Source of the DNA: Microcoleus sp.
GTDB taxonomy: Bacteria; Cyanobacteriota; Cyanobacteriia; Cyanobacteriales; Microcoleaceae
DNA: 64,000 bases
Reading direction: 5' to 3'
Assembly: GCA_052279835.1 (NCBI GenBank)
Contig: CP181291.1
Span: 5,920,001 to 5,984,000 of the forward strand
The stretch's first letter is position 1; every line of letters begins with the position of its first letter. A program made the position numbers and the translations under genes. Below, one piece after another: positions 52,027 through 62,188 of this stretch. The notes below the pieces were generated by a model. That model worked only from the letters and a program-made list of their open reading frames with translations, was not told the origin of the DNA and searched no databases.

Positions 52027-53535
52027 ATGACCAATTTTAGTGATGAGTTTGAACTGCTGTTACGATCGCGCTACCCCCTAATCTACATTCCCACACGGGA
52101 AGAAGAACGAGTAGAAGTGGCGATCGCTCAAAGTGCCAAAAAACAAGGTGCTCGCGCCGTCTACACCTGGGATTTTGTTGATGGCTACCAAGGTAATCCC
52201 AATGATGCTGGTTTTGGTAAACGGAACCCCCTACAAGCTCTAGAATTCCTAGAAAAACTGCCCTCATCTGCGCCAGCCATCTTTATTCTGCGGGATTTTC
52301 AGAGGTTTTTAGAAGATGTAGCAATTTCCCGTAAACTGCGGAATTTGGCGAGACTTCTCAAATCTCAACCCAAAAATATTGTCATTCTATCTCCCATTGT
52401 TTCCATCCCCGAAGACCTCAGCGAAGTGATGACAGTTTTGGAGTTTCCCCTACCTGTGGCAACAGAAATCAAAATTGAGGTGGAAAAGTTGTTAGGGGGG
52501 ATTGGACAGGTCATAGAAGGGCGTTTGCTGGATGAAATGGTGCGCTCCTGTCAAGGGTTATCCATGGAACGAATTCGACGAGTTCTAGCAAAGGCGATCG
52601 CCACCAGAGGCGAACTCCATTCCAACGACGCAGAACTGATTTTAGAAGAAAAACGCCAAACTATCCGCCAAACTCAAATTCTGGATTTTTACCCAGCCCG
52701 CGAAAACATCTCCGATATCGGCGGTTTGGATAATCTCAAAGAATGGTTGCTGCGGCGCGGTGGTGCTTTTTCCGATCGCGCCCGTCAATACGGTTTACCC
52801 CATCCCAGAGGTTTGCTGTTAGTGGGAATTCAAGGCACTGGCAAATCTTTGACTGCAAAGGCGATCGCCCATCACTGGCATTTACCCCTACTCCGCTTGG
52901 ATGTCGGACGCCTATTTGCCGGATTAGTCGGCGAATCGGAATCCCGCACCAGACAAATGATTCAGCTAGCGGAAGCTTTAGCACCTTGCGTATTGTGGAT
53001 TGACGAGATTGACAAAGCATTTGGCGGATTGGATGGTAAAGGGGATTCGGGAACCACTAGCCGAGTGTTTGGGACTTTTATTACCTGGCTAGCCGAAAAA
53101 ACTTCTCCCGTATTTGTAGTAGCAACGGCGAACAACATTCAGTCTTTACCACCAGAAATGCTCAGAAAAGGTAGGTTTGACGAAATATTTTTTGTAGGTT
53201 TGCCTAGTCAGGAGGAACGGCGGGCAATTTTTGAGGTACATTTGTTGCGGTTGCGATCGCACAGCATCAAAAATTACGATGTAGAGCGTTTGGCTTACGA
53301 AACTCCTGATTTTTCCGGCGCAGAAATCGAGCAAACATTGATCGAGGCGATGCACATTGGGTTTAGCCAGAATCGAGATTTCACCACAGATGATATTTTA
53401 GAATCAGCTAGCCAAATGGTACCCTTGGCAAGAACTGCCCAAGAACAAATCCAGTTTCTCCAAGATTGGGCTGCTGCGGGGAAAGCTCGTCTTGCTTCTC
53501 GATACGGCAGTTTAAGTCGCCGAATTCAAGGATAA
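52027..53535 (+). CDS. ycf46: Ycf46-family AAA ATPase
   Basis: RSRYPLIY, GIQGTGKS, WIDEIDK, RKGRFDEIFF. Confidence 0.92.
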   Translation: MTNFSDEFELLLRSRYPLIYIPTREEERVEVAIAQSAKKQGARAVYTWDFVDGYQGNPNDAGFGKRNPLQALEFLEKLPSSAPAIFILRDFQRFLEDVAISRKLRNLARLLKSQPKNIVILSPIVSIPEDLSEVMTVLEFPLPVATEIKIEVEKLLGGIGQVIEGRLLDEMVRSCQGLSMERIRRVLAKAIATRGELHSNDAELILEEKRQTIRQTQILDFYPARENISDIGGLDNLKEWLLRRGGAFSDRARQYGLPHPRGLLLVGIQGTGKSLTAKAIAHHWHLPLLRLDVGRLFAGLVGESESRTRQMIQLAEALAPCVLWIDEIDKAFGGLDGKGDSGTTSRVFGTFITWLAEKTSPVFVVATANNIQSLPPEMLRKGRFDEIFFVGLPSQEERRAIFEVHLLRLRSHSIKNYDVERLAYETPDFSGAEIEQTLIEAMHIGFSQNRDFTTDDILESASQMVPLARTAQEQIQFLQDWAAAGKARLASRYGSLSRRIQG

Positions 53536-53636
53536 ACTTTTGAAGTAATCAGAACTGACCAATCAGCAATCAGGCAAATTTTCGCAACTATCTCCCTCTC
53601 CCACTTCCCCGTCTCTCTTGCTTAAATAGCGGCTTT

Positions 53637-54098
53637 ATGAACAGTTTGTATAGTTTTTTTAAGTTTTTAGTTGGCTTTTTATTAGCCATCGTGCTAATGG
53701 CAGGCGCTAGTGTGGCGGCTGCACTTTACTTTGCAGCTAAACTCACCACGATCCCTGAAAGACCTGTTTTTCCTAACGACAAAAAAGTAGTTCAGATTGC
53801 CAACGCCAAGCCTACGTCAACAGCGAAAGCTAGTCCGGTTTCAGAGTCTAGCGATACTCCCTCACCAAAACCGCTAGAACCGGGAGCCTACCGAGCTCTG
53901 GTTACTCAGCCGATTGGGTTGATTTTACGGGATAGTGCCAACCGAGATGCCAACCGCATTGGTGGTGTCGGTTACAACGAAAAAGTGGTGGTTTTGGAAG
54001 ATTCCCCTGATAAAGAGTGGCAGCGAATTCGGGTTGAAGATGGCAATCGTGAAGGTTGGGTCAAGGGTGGCAATACTGAAAAAGTTGAGGGTCAATGA
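53637..54098 (+). CDS. Membrane-anchored SH3 domain protein
   Basis: N-terminal TM helix, GLILRD...WQRIR...EGWVK. Confidence 0.85.
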   Translation: MNSLYSFFKFLVGFLLAIVLMAGASVAAALYFAAKLTTIPERPVFPNDKKVVQIANAKPTSTAKASPVSESSDTPSPKPLEPGAYRALVTQPIGLILRDSANRDANRIGGVGYNEKVVVLEDSPDKEWQRIRVEDGNREGWVKGGNTEKVEGQ

Positions 54099-54559
54099 GA
54101 ATATGTTAAGAAACCTAGCAAAACTTTAAGGTTACTTGCAAAACCCAGCCCGTTGTCAATTTTTTAAGGAATAGTTAAGTAGGTCGCTCTCAATCAACCT
54201 CAAATGTCCATGACCCGTGATAACCCTGACTTTTTAGAGACGTCGGGGTTCTGAAATCAGTGGTATTTTTAGCAGCCACCAGATAAAATATTAAGCAATC
54301 ATCGCCAAAAACACATCATCCTTCGGGACTAAAGGCTAAGATGTGCTTGCCAACTTTTTGCTGACGAGCACGTCAACAGAAACAGTGATGCTATCTTGGT
54401 CGTTACCTGCAACTATATTTTGAGTGGAATTTTTTTTGATAAACAGGGGTGCTAGGTGTATACAGGTAAAACTTAGTCTCGATAGATTGAGTCACAGACC
54501 AAAATAGAGTTTTGGTAGTTTTCCCACATAGCCCAGCTACAATTTCACAATCAAAAGTT

Positions 54560-55933
54560 ATGGAATATCTTGCTTATCTCGAACTTGCTCTGGCTGACGA
54601 AGCATCCACAGAGTCTCCAATTTTAGAGGGGATTAAGTGGAAACACTTATCCAGCCATACTTATTTCCGTTTATTATCTTTGGCTTTAATACTATCGGTG
54701 GTGAGTGCAGCTAGTTCGGCTTTTGCTCAAATAAATCCAGGAAACCCCAATTTGCGAGCAGTTCAAGACCGATTGCGACAGTTGGGCTATTTTAGCAGAA
54801 GTTCCACTGGTCAACTCGGCCCCCTCACTCAAAAAGCTTTGACTAGCTTTCAGCGAGACTATCAACTATCGCTGACGGGAAGACCCGATCGCGATACAGT
54901 ATCAGCACTCAATAGTTTAGGGGTGAAAACTCAAGCTTATAGAACTGTGGATACCAATAATTATCGGGAGTTGCGCTTTGGAGACAAGGGTGAAGATGTT
55001 TTAGTTCTCCAGCGGGAATTGCAGCAGTTGGGCTATTTTACAACAACTCCAACTGGTACTTTTGGCAGAATTACTGAAGAAGCTGTCAGAAGTTTCCAAC
55101 AAATTAACCGACTCTCGGTAACTGGTGTGGCTGACAGCCAAACTTTAGCTTTGCTCTTAGGACCCTCCCAGCCCCAGCCAACGACTCCGACTCCTGGCGT
55201 TATTTCTGGAAATGGGGGTTGCAGAGGGTTGCGCTTTGGAGACAGAGGAGCGACGGTAGACTTGATTCAGCGGCAGTTAAAGGATTTGGGCTATTTTAAA
55301 GGCCCTGTTGATGGCAAGTTTCGGGAACGTACTCTCTATGCTGTTACTCGTTTTCAGCAAGATAATTTTCTGGTAACAGATGGCTGTGCTGACACGGCTA
55401 CTTTGATTGCGATAGATACCCGGAGGGCTGAGTTTCAAGCTACCTTTTTTCCTAGACAAAGTAAACAGCCAAATTTTGTGGTGGACTTTCTCCAGTTCGG
55501 TGACACGGGCCGACAAGTAGAGCAGTTACAGCAGCGACTGCAAGTATTGCGCTACTATGCAGGTCCGATTCATGGTTTGTTCGATCGAGCTACTGAGGCC
55601 GCCCTGATTCGGTTTCAGACAGCTAACCGCCTGTCGGGGACTGGAAAGGTCGATAGACAGACTCAGGGAGCTTTACAGCAAAGTCAGAACCAAACTGCAC
55701 AGACTGTTCCCCCTAGAGGTGTGAGCCTACCACAGGTCGATCGAGGTTCTACAGTACCAATTAGCATCAGTTCTCGATCAAGCATTTACCAGTTACAGAG
55801 ACGACTGCGAGACCTCAGCTTTTACAATGGCCCCATTAGTGGAGTGTTGGATGCTCCCACTCAAGCCGCTCTCGACCAAGCTCAGCGCAGTTACCGGGTC
55901 AGCAGTGACGATTTGTTGACCAAAACTTTTTAG
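54560..55933 (+). CDS. Peptidoglycan-binding domain repeat protein
   Basis: MEYLAY start, signal-like ASSAFA, five LQxxLxxLGYF...TxxAVxxFQ-type repeats. Confidence 0.9.
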   Translation: MEYLAYLELALADEASTESPILEGIKWKHLSSHTYFRLLSLALILSVVSAASSAFAQINPGNPNLRAVQDRLRQLGYFSRSSTGQLGPLTQKALTSFQRDYQLSLTGRPDRDTVSALNSLGVKTQAYRTVDTNNYRELRFGDKGEDVLVLQRELQQLGYFTTTPTGTFGRITEEAVRSFQQINRLSVTGVADSQTLALLLGPSQPQPTTPTPGVISGNGGCRGLRFGDRGATVDLIQRQLKDLGYFKGPVDGKFRERTLYAVTRFQQDNFLVTDGCADTATLIAIDTRRAEFQATFFPRQSKQPNFVVDFLQFGDTGRQVEQLQQRLQVLRYYAGPIHGLFDRATEAALIRFQTANRLSGTGKVDRQTQGALQQSQNQTAQTVPPRGVSLPQVDRGSTVPISISSRSSIYQLQRRLRDLSFYNGPISGVLDAPTQAALDQAQRSYRVSSDDLLTKTF

Positions 55934-56002
55934 CCAAGGCAGCACCAATATTTGTTAATTATTGTAACAATTCGTACTTAAAAACCGAATATAGGTGTAT
56001 GT

Positions 56003-56527
56003 TTACTCACTTGATTCCGGGGCGTTGCCATTTTGGGCGATCGACCTCGGACAAGACCAATTACTCGAAACCAAAGAGGGCCATCCCATTCTCAAAGCTT
56101 CGTGACAAACAGTATGAATGGTGAGCTGGCAGTCGAGGAGGTGCAACCCTGACTTTTCAGCTTGCTTCATCCCAATTTTTAAGATCGAATCGTTGTTAAA
56201 TTCGATCGTGCGGTTGCACTGAACGCAGACTAAGTGATGGTGGTGGTGCGGATAAGGCTGGTTTATTTCATAGTGTTTGTGACCTTCTGCTAATTCGAGT
56301 TCCCGCAACAAGCTCATCCTTGCCATTAACTTTAAAGTTCGGTAAATAGTGGATAAGCTAATGTTTTCTCCGCGATTTTTCAACAAAGTATACAAATCCT
56401 CCGCACTCAGGTGGTTGCCTTTGGGGAGGTTCTGAAAAACGTGCAAGATGGTTTCCCGTTGAGGAGTCATCCGCCAGCCTTTGTCATTGAGTTCCGATTT
56501 GAAGGAAGAAGCTGTGTAAAGTGCCAT
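56003..56527 (-). CDS. fur: Ferric uptake regulator FurA
   Basis: GWRMTPQRE, HLSAEDLY, SLSTIYRTLKLM, HHHHHLVCVQC; downstream of sigC. Confidence 0.93.
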   Translation of the reverse strand: MALYTASSFKSELNDKGWRMTPQRETILHVFQNLPKGNHLSAEDLYTLLKNRGENISLSTIYRTLKLMARMSLLRELELAEGHKHYEINQPYPHHHHHLVCVQCNRTIEFNNDSILKIGMKQAEKSGLHLLDCQLTIHTVCHEALRMGWPSLVSSNWSCPRSIAQNGNAPESSE

Positions 56528-56624
56528 AGTGACCCTCTCAAGAAAGTCTGTCTATTGACAATCATACACAACGATCGGGATATTTTTCAAATATCAAAGC
56601 TTATTGATAATTTCTGAAAACTGG

Positions 56625-56657
56625 AGAGCCCGGACTTATTCAACAAGTCCGGGCTCT
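56625..56657. terminator. Perfect 13-bp inverted repeat between sigC and fur
   Basis: AGAGCCCGGACTT-N7-AAGTCCGGGCTCT. Confidence 0.6.
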
Positions 56658-56686
56658 GACATCACAGGATTGTGGATGTGGCAACT

Positions 56687-57952
56687 TTAACCCAGAGACT
56701 CTAAATAATCCCGCACGCGGTTGCGACGCTTGGGCTGACGCAGCTTTTGCAAAGCTTTAGCTTCAATTTGGCGGACACGCTCGCGAGATAAATCCAGTGC
56801 ACGACCAATTTCTGCCAGTGAGTAGGGGTGTCCATCACCCAAACCGAACCGCATCAGAATCACATCTCGTTCGCGACTGCTCAAATCTGCCAACAGTTGC
56901 TGCAAGTCGCGGTGCAAAGCTTCTCGCATCAGCATTTCTTCTGGCGATACGCAGTCTGTTTCCAGCAAGTCGCCCAACTCTGTATCTTTCTCGTTGCCAA
57001 CTTTAGTTTCTAGAGAAACAGAGCGGGGTACTCTGAGCAAAACTTCCCGCACTTGGATCGGAGTCATATCTAACTCAACAGCGATATCTTCTATAGTGGC
57101 TGTCCGACCTTTTTCTTGAGAAATTTTACGCTGGGCTTTTTTAATTTTATTCAGCTTTTCGGTAATGTGAACCGGGAGGCGGATGGTACGGCTTTGAGTA
57201 GCGATCGCCCGTGTAATTCCCTGGCGAATCCACCAGTAGGCGTAGGTGCTAAATCGATAGCCCCGCGTCGGATCGAACTTTTCGACAGCTCGTTCCAGTC
57301 CCAGAGTGCCTTCTTGTATCAGGTCTAGTAGTTCTAAGCCACGATTTTGATATTTTTTCGCCACCGAAACGACTAGGCGCAAGTTAGCCTTAATCATGTG
57401 GTCTTTAGCTTCGACACCTTCAGTTTGAGTCCTTTCCAAGGTCTCTACTGTCATCTCTGCTAACTCGGCCCAGTGGCGCTTACCTTCGCTCATAATCCGC
57501 TTGAGCTCCGACACATCACCGACACCGGCGGTGGTGGCCCAACGTTCCAGGGAAGGTTTGTGTCCCAACTGTGCGGCCAAGCGATCGCGCACCTCAATTA
57601 AATGCACGAAGCCCTGAATCTTTCCTTCTTCCTGCGAAGCGGCGGTGTTCCGCAATTCTAGCAATTTGATATAGCGCTGAACTTTTTGAGCTTCGGAGAC
57701 TTCCTCATCTCGACCTAACAGACGTACCCGCCCTATTTCTTGGAGGTACAGACGCACTAAATCAGTAGTGCGGCGATTGGCATTTTTTTGAGACTTGGCT
57801 GCTGAGTCTGCATCTTCAGTCTCTGCTGTTTCTTGGTCGATGAGTTCGTCTCCAGCTTCTTCAGCATCCTCATCCAACACATCATCTTGCAAGGGATTTA
57901 CTCGCAGTTGTTCGTCGAATTCAGCTTCAGCGTAAAAAGAGGTGGCTGGCAT
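56687..57952 (-). CDS. sigC: Group 2 RNA polymerase sigma factor SigC
   Basis: MPATSFY start, TTDLVRLYLQEIGRV, ANLRLVVSVAKKY, YAYWWIRQGITR, VLLRVPRSVSLE. Confidence 0.92.
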   Translation of the reverse strand: MPATSFYAEAEFDEQLRVNPLQDDVLDEDAEEAGDELIDQETAETEDADSAAKSQKNANRRTTDLVRLYLQEIGRVRLLGRDEEVSEAQKVQRYIKLLELRNTAASQEEGKIQGFVHLIEVRDRLAAQLGHKPSLERWATTAGVGDVSELKRIMSEGKRHWAELAEMTVETLERTQTEGVEAKDHMIKANLRLVVSVAKKYQNRGLELLDLIQEGTLGLERAVEKFDPTRGYRFSTYAYWWIRQGITRAIATQSRTIRLPVHITEKLNKIKKAQRKISQEKGRTATIEDIAVELDMTPIQVREVLLRVPRSVSLETKVGNEKDTELGDLLETDCVSPEEMLMREALHRDLQQLLADLSSRERDVILMRFGLGDGHPYSLAEIGRALDLSRERVRQIEAKALQKLRQPKRRNRVRDYLESLG

Positions 57953-58372
57953 AGTGATTTTCTCAGTGGCTCCGGGTGAAAAGATGCTACGCTTAGCGGT
58001 TATTTATATTTATGATGCCCATTTTGTTAGGACGAAGCATCACCGCTTTTTGTTTCTTTACTAATTTTCCTGACTGGAATACTGTTGTCCGATCGAACTT
58101 TGACTCCCCATCTTGTTTTAGTAACTTTCGGGAAAATGCCAAGAACTTTCTGATGTAACAGTTTGGAGACCAGGAAAGTGTGTTCTACTTCTTTGTTTAT
58201 GTAGCTAGTATAGATAATCTCTAGCTATAAACAAGTGACTCTCGTCAGAAGTTAAGTTAATCTTCATCACCGATCGGCTGGTTCCCGATCACTTCTGAAA
58301 ATTAGTTGCTTTTTTCATAAAACTTCATAAACTCTCAGGTTTAGACGCCAGCGATCGCCCAACCGAGCATTT

Positions 58373-59242
58373 CTACCGAGGGTAAAGTTCCATCAGTTCC
58401 CTCACCTGTTCGGCATGATAAGAACTGCGAGTTAAGGGAGAAGCCACAACCTGCAAGAAGCCCAAAGATTCACCAAATTCTCTCCAAGCATCAAACTGTT
58501 CCGGTGTCACAAAGTTTTCCACATTTAAGTGTTTTTGACTAGGTTGCAGGTACTGTCCAATTGTCAAAATATCGCACCCCACAGCACGCAACTCCTGCAT
58601 AGCCTCACGAACTTCCTCGTCTGTTTCTCCCAGTCCCACCATAATCCCTGATTTGGTGTAAACCTCTGGTGCGATTTCCCGGCTGCGCTGCAACATTTCC
58701 AGAGAGCGATCGTACTTGGCCTGTGGTCGCACTTTCCGGTAAAGTCGTTTGACAGTTTCAGTATTATGGTTGAGTACCTCCGGCTTAGCTCCCAGAATAA
58801 TTGCCAAAGCTTGCCAATTGCCACACAAATCGGGAATCAAAACTTCTATAGTCGTCTGTGGCATCACAGAACGAACTGCTTGAATGCAGTGCACAAACTG
58901 GGATGCACCGCCATCAGGCAAATCATCCCGATTCACCGAGGTAATCACCACATGGTTTAATTTCAGGCGCTCTACTGCTTGCGCCAATCTTTCCGGCTCC
59001 GTCGGATCTAGAGGTTGGGGCTTTTTCTCAAAGTCAATGTCACAGTAAGGACAAGCGCGGGTACAGGCTGGCCCCATGATTAAAAATGTGGCAGTACCTG
59101 CATTGAAGCACTCGCCGATGTTGGGACAGGAAGCCTCTTCGCAAACCGTATTCAGGGCTAAATCCCGCAAAATTTCCTTAACGTTGCCGACGCGCTCCCA
59201 CTGGGGGGCTTTGACTCGCAACCACTGTGGCTTAACTGTCAC
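58373..59242 (-). CDS. lipA: Lipoyl synthase
   Basis: [32 protein letters not shown]. Confidence 0.97.
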   Translation of the reverse strand: MTVKPQWLRVKAPQWERVGNVKEILRDLALNTVCEEASCPNIGECFNAGTATFLIMGPACTRACPYCDIDFEKKPQPLDPTEPERLAQAVERLKLNHVVITSVNRDDLPDGGASQFVHCIQAVRSVMPQTTIEVLIPDLCGNWQALAIILGAKPEVLNHNTETVKRLYRKVRPQAKYDRSLEMLQRSREIAPEVYTKSGIMVGLGETDEEVREAMQELRAVGCDILTIGQYLQPSQKHLNVENFVTPEQFDAWREFGESLGFLQVVASPLTRSSYHAEQVRELMELYPR

Positions 59243-59339
59243 GTCTGTCTTTGCCTGGTTAGTATTTTACAAATTATTATATACTATATTGTTCAATTTC
59301 GAGTTGAATATGATATAATATTCAAACATTGACTTGATT

Positions 59340-59413
59340 CGGGATGTAGCGCAGCTTGGTAGCGCACCTCGTTCGGGACGAGGGGGTCGCAGGTTCAAAT
59401 CCTGTCATCCCGA
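59340..59413 (+). tRNA. tRNA-Pro (CGG)
   Basis: CGGGATGTAGCGCAGCTTGGTAGCGCACCTCGTTCGGGACGAGGGGGTCGCAGGTTCAAATCCTGTCATCCCGA cloverleaf. Confidence 0.97.
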
Positions 59414-59460
59414 TTTAACTTAACCGTTTATTTCTTTAGGAAAAAGCTGAGGGAAAAAAG

Positions 59461-59506
59461 CGGATTTGATATCACTTCCGACCCAGCCACAAGTGATATC
59501 ACATCC
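59461..59506. repeat. Inverted repeat made of MITE-end-like sequences
   Basis: CGGATTTGATATCACTT...AAGTGATATCACATCCG, sharing the GATATCAAATCC end motif of the three MITE copies. Confidence 0.6.
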
Positions 59507-59616
59507 GGTATTGTAAAACTTCATTGAGTTTATAAGCAATTATAAACAATAATGGTATTATATTGTTGTGAGTGTTGAACAAAGAATACGCATAGCCCAA
59601 AAAACGCAAGTCTCAA

Positions 59617-60864
59617 ATGCAACTAACAGAGAGACACATCATTAAATCAACGTCACACCGTTTCGCCCAAATTGACGAACTAGCTTTCAAGTCCAAAAAC
59701 CTCTACAATGCCGCCAATTACGTCATTCGTCAGAGCTTTATTTATGGATGGGGTTATGTCAGTTATAACGAAATGAACCGATTGATGAAGTCTCACGAAG
59801 CATATAAGGCAATGCCAGCTAAAGTAAGTCAGCAAATCTTGATGGTGCTAGACAAGAATTGGAAATCGTTTTTTGAAGCCGTTAAAGCTTACAAAGTTGA
59901 TTCTTCAAAATTCACGGGTAGCCCAAAATTGCCAAAGTACAAAGATAAAGTTAAAGGGCGAAACCTTCTCGTCTACACGATTCAAGCAATTAGCAGCAAA
60001 CAGTTGAAGAAAGGAATCATTAAACTTTCGGGTACAGAACTTTTAATTAAAACCCAAGTCAATCCCCACCAGGTTTGCCAAATTAGGCTGGTTCCGAAAT
60101 GTGATTCCTATGTAATTGAGGTAATTTATGATGAACCGGAGTCCACCCTTGGCAACGCTAATTCTGTAGCTAGTATTGATTTAGGACTGGATAATTTAGT
60201 GGCGTTAACTTCAAATCAACCGGGATTTATCCCTTTGTTGATTAACGGGCGACCATTGAAATCGATTAACCAGTTTTACAATAAGCGGAAAGCACGATTG
60301 CAATCCCAGTTAAAAGGGAATCGCAAAACTTCGCCCCGCATTCAGCGCTTAACTCGCTGTCGCCATCAAAAAGTTGATAATTACTTACATCATGCTAGCC
60401 GTCTAATTATTAACCTTTTGCTCACCAAGCAGATTGGGACGCTAGTAATTGGCAAGAACGCGCAGTGGAAAACAGAAATCGAGTTAGGGAATAAAAACAA
60501 TCAAAACTTTGTTAGTATTCCTCACTCTCGATTAATTGAAATGTTGGAGTACAAAGCTCGGTTGGCGGGAATCACAGTAATTGTGCAGGAAGAATCCTAC
60601 ACATCCCGCTCCAGTTTTTTAGGTTTAGACCCAATTCCTGTTTATGGAAAAACCGAAAAAGAGCCTGTGTTGACTGGTAAGCGGATTAAGCGGGGTTTGT
60701 ACAAAACATCGACTGGTCAGCTAATTAATTCCGATGTGAATGCAGCGTACAATATCCTCAGAAAAGCAATCCCAAATGCGTTCCGCAATGGGATAGGTCG
60801 TGGGCGTAGTTCAGCCGAGGCGGGTCGATCCGCTCAAAGTGAAAGGGAAGGGGGAGGGACTTAA
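59617..60864 (+). CDS. tnpB: IS200/IS605-family RNA-guided endonuclease TnpB
   Basis: SKNLYNAANY, SIDLGLDNL, QEESYTS, KRIKRGLY, NSDVNAAYNILRK; no tnpA nearby. Confidence 0.93.
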   Translation: MQLTERHIIKSTSHRFAQIDELAFKSKNLYNAANYVIRQSFIYGWGYVSYNEMNRLMKSHEAYKAMPAKVSQQILMVLDKNWKSFFEAVKAYKVDSSKFTGSPKLPKYKDKVKGRNLLVYTIQAISSKQLKKGIIKLSGTELLIKTQVNPHQVCQIRLVPKCDSYVIEVIYDEPESTLGNANSVASIDLGLDNLVALTSNQPGFIPLLINGRPLKSINQFYNKRKARLQSQLKGNRKTSPRIQRLTRCRHQKVDNYLHHASRLIINLLLTKQIGTLVIGKNAQWKTEIELGNKNNQNFVSIPHSRLIEMLEYKARLAGITVIVQEESYTSRSSFLGLDPIPVYGKTEKEPVLTGKRIKRGLYKTSTGQLINSDVNAAYNILRKAIPNAFRNGIGRGRSSAEAGRSAQSEREGGGT

Positions 60865-60955
60865 CGCCTCCCATGTCATGCAATAAATGACTATACTTTT
60901 ACCAGCTATTCATCGTCATACTAAAGTTTACTCAAGCAGCCAACCAATATCAGCT

Positions 60956-62044
60956 TCAATCAGCTAAATCTGGGAAAACTTCGCGGACGGCTGGATGCAC
61001 TAATCGGTGATGCTGCACGTTCAATCCCTTGGCTAAACTAGGATTGGTTTCCAAAGCTTTAATCCCACCATTTGCCAACAGCAAAACATAAGGCAAAGTG
61101 CTGTTATTCAAAGCTTGAGTCGCAGTCCAAGGCACCGCACCGGGCATATTTGGTACACCATAATGCACGACTCCTTCCTCAATATAGGTAGGATTGGTGT
61201 GAGAAGTTACCCGCAAAGTTTCTACGCAACCGCCTTGGTCAACTGCGACATCAACAATCACAGAACCGGGGTGCATTTTGGCAACAAAGTCGCGAGAAAC
61301 CAGAGTTGGGGCTTTTTTACCCAACACCAAAACCGCACCGATTAACAAATCAGCATCGGGGACAACAGCTTCTATTTGTAAAGGACTGCTGTAGAGGTAT
61401 TCCACTCTGGAACCGAACAGAGTTTCTAAATAGGCTAGGCGATCGACATTGACATCCAAAATCTGCACTCTAGCGCCCATTCCTACTGCAATACGCGCTG
61501 CTTCCGTGCCCACGATTCCGCCGCCCAAAATCACAACTTTGCCCGGTCTTACCCCTGGTACACCTCCCAAAAGTACGCCCCGGCCTCCTTGCTGGCGTTC
61601 CAAAAACCGAGCCCCGAACTGCACGGCCAAACGCCCTGCAATAATACTCATGGGGGTTAGCAGTGGTAATTTCCTGTCTGGGAGTTCGACAGTTTCGTAG
61701 GCGATCGCCTGGACTCCACTTTCCATTAAATACTCGGTTAACGTGCGATCGGCCGCTAAATGCAAATATGTAAATAGCAACTGTTCTTTTTGGATCAGCG
61801 GGTACTCAGCAGGTAAGGGTTCCTTAACTTTAACAATTAGTTCCCGATTCCAGACATCCTCCGGCTTTGAGACAATCTTAGCCCCTGCTTGAATGTAGTC
61901 TTCGTCGGCGAAACCTGCCCCAGCGCCTGCATTAGTTTCGACAAAAACGGTGTGGCCTCTGTCTGAACAAGCCCGGACACTTGTGGGGCTCAGGCCAACT
62001 CGAAACTCTAAATCCTTGATTTCCTTGGGGACACCTATTTCCAT
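60956..62044 (-). CDS. ald: Alanine dehydrogenase
   Basis: IGVPKEIK, KVKEP, FTYLHLAA, GGGIVG, DVAVDQGGCVET, VPNMPGAVP. Confidence 0.97.
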   Translation of the reverse strand: MEIGVPKEIKDLEFRVGLSPTSVRACSDRGHTVFVETNAGAGAGFADEDYIQAGAKIVSKPEDVWNRELIVKVKEPLPAEYPLIQKEQLLFTYLHLAADRTLTEYLMESGVQAIAYETVELPDRKLPLLTPMSIIAGRLAVQFGARFLERQQGGRGVLLGGVPGVRPGKVVILGGGIVGTEAARIAVGMGARVQILDVNVDRLAYLETLFGSRVEYLYSSPLQIEAVVPDADLLIGAVLVLGKKAPTLVSRDFVAKMHPGSVIVDVAVDQGGCVETLRVTSHTNPTYIEEGVVHYGVPNMPGAVPWTATQALNNSTLPYVLLLANGGIKALETNPSLAKGLNVQHHRLVHPAVREVFPDLAD

Positions 62045-62188
62045 CTATAAACCTCAAATTTTAGCCATACTTCGATCGAATCTAGCTTAGAAATTATCCC
62101 ATCGGCATCATATCATGCCCCATGTCAGCAATTGAGACCCCCCACAAATCCGGCGAAGTAGGGGATTTGGAGATACTAGGTTTGGAAA

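Noticed and set aside
51750..52034. Hydrophobic Cys-rich 94-aa ORF
   Set aside because: Translation of the heptamer repeat tract
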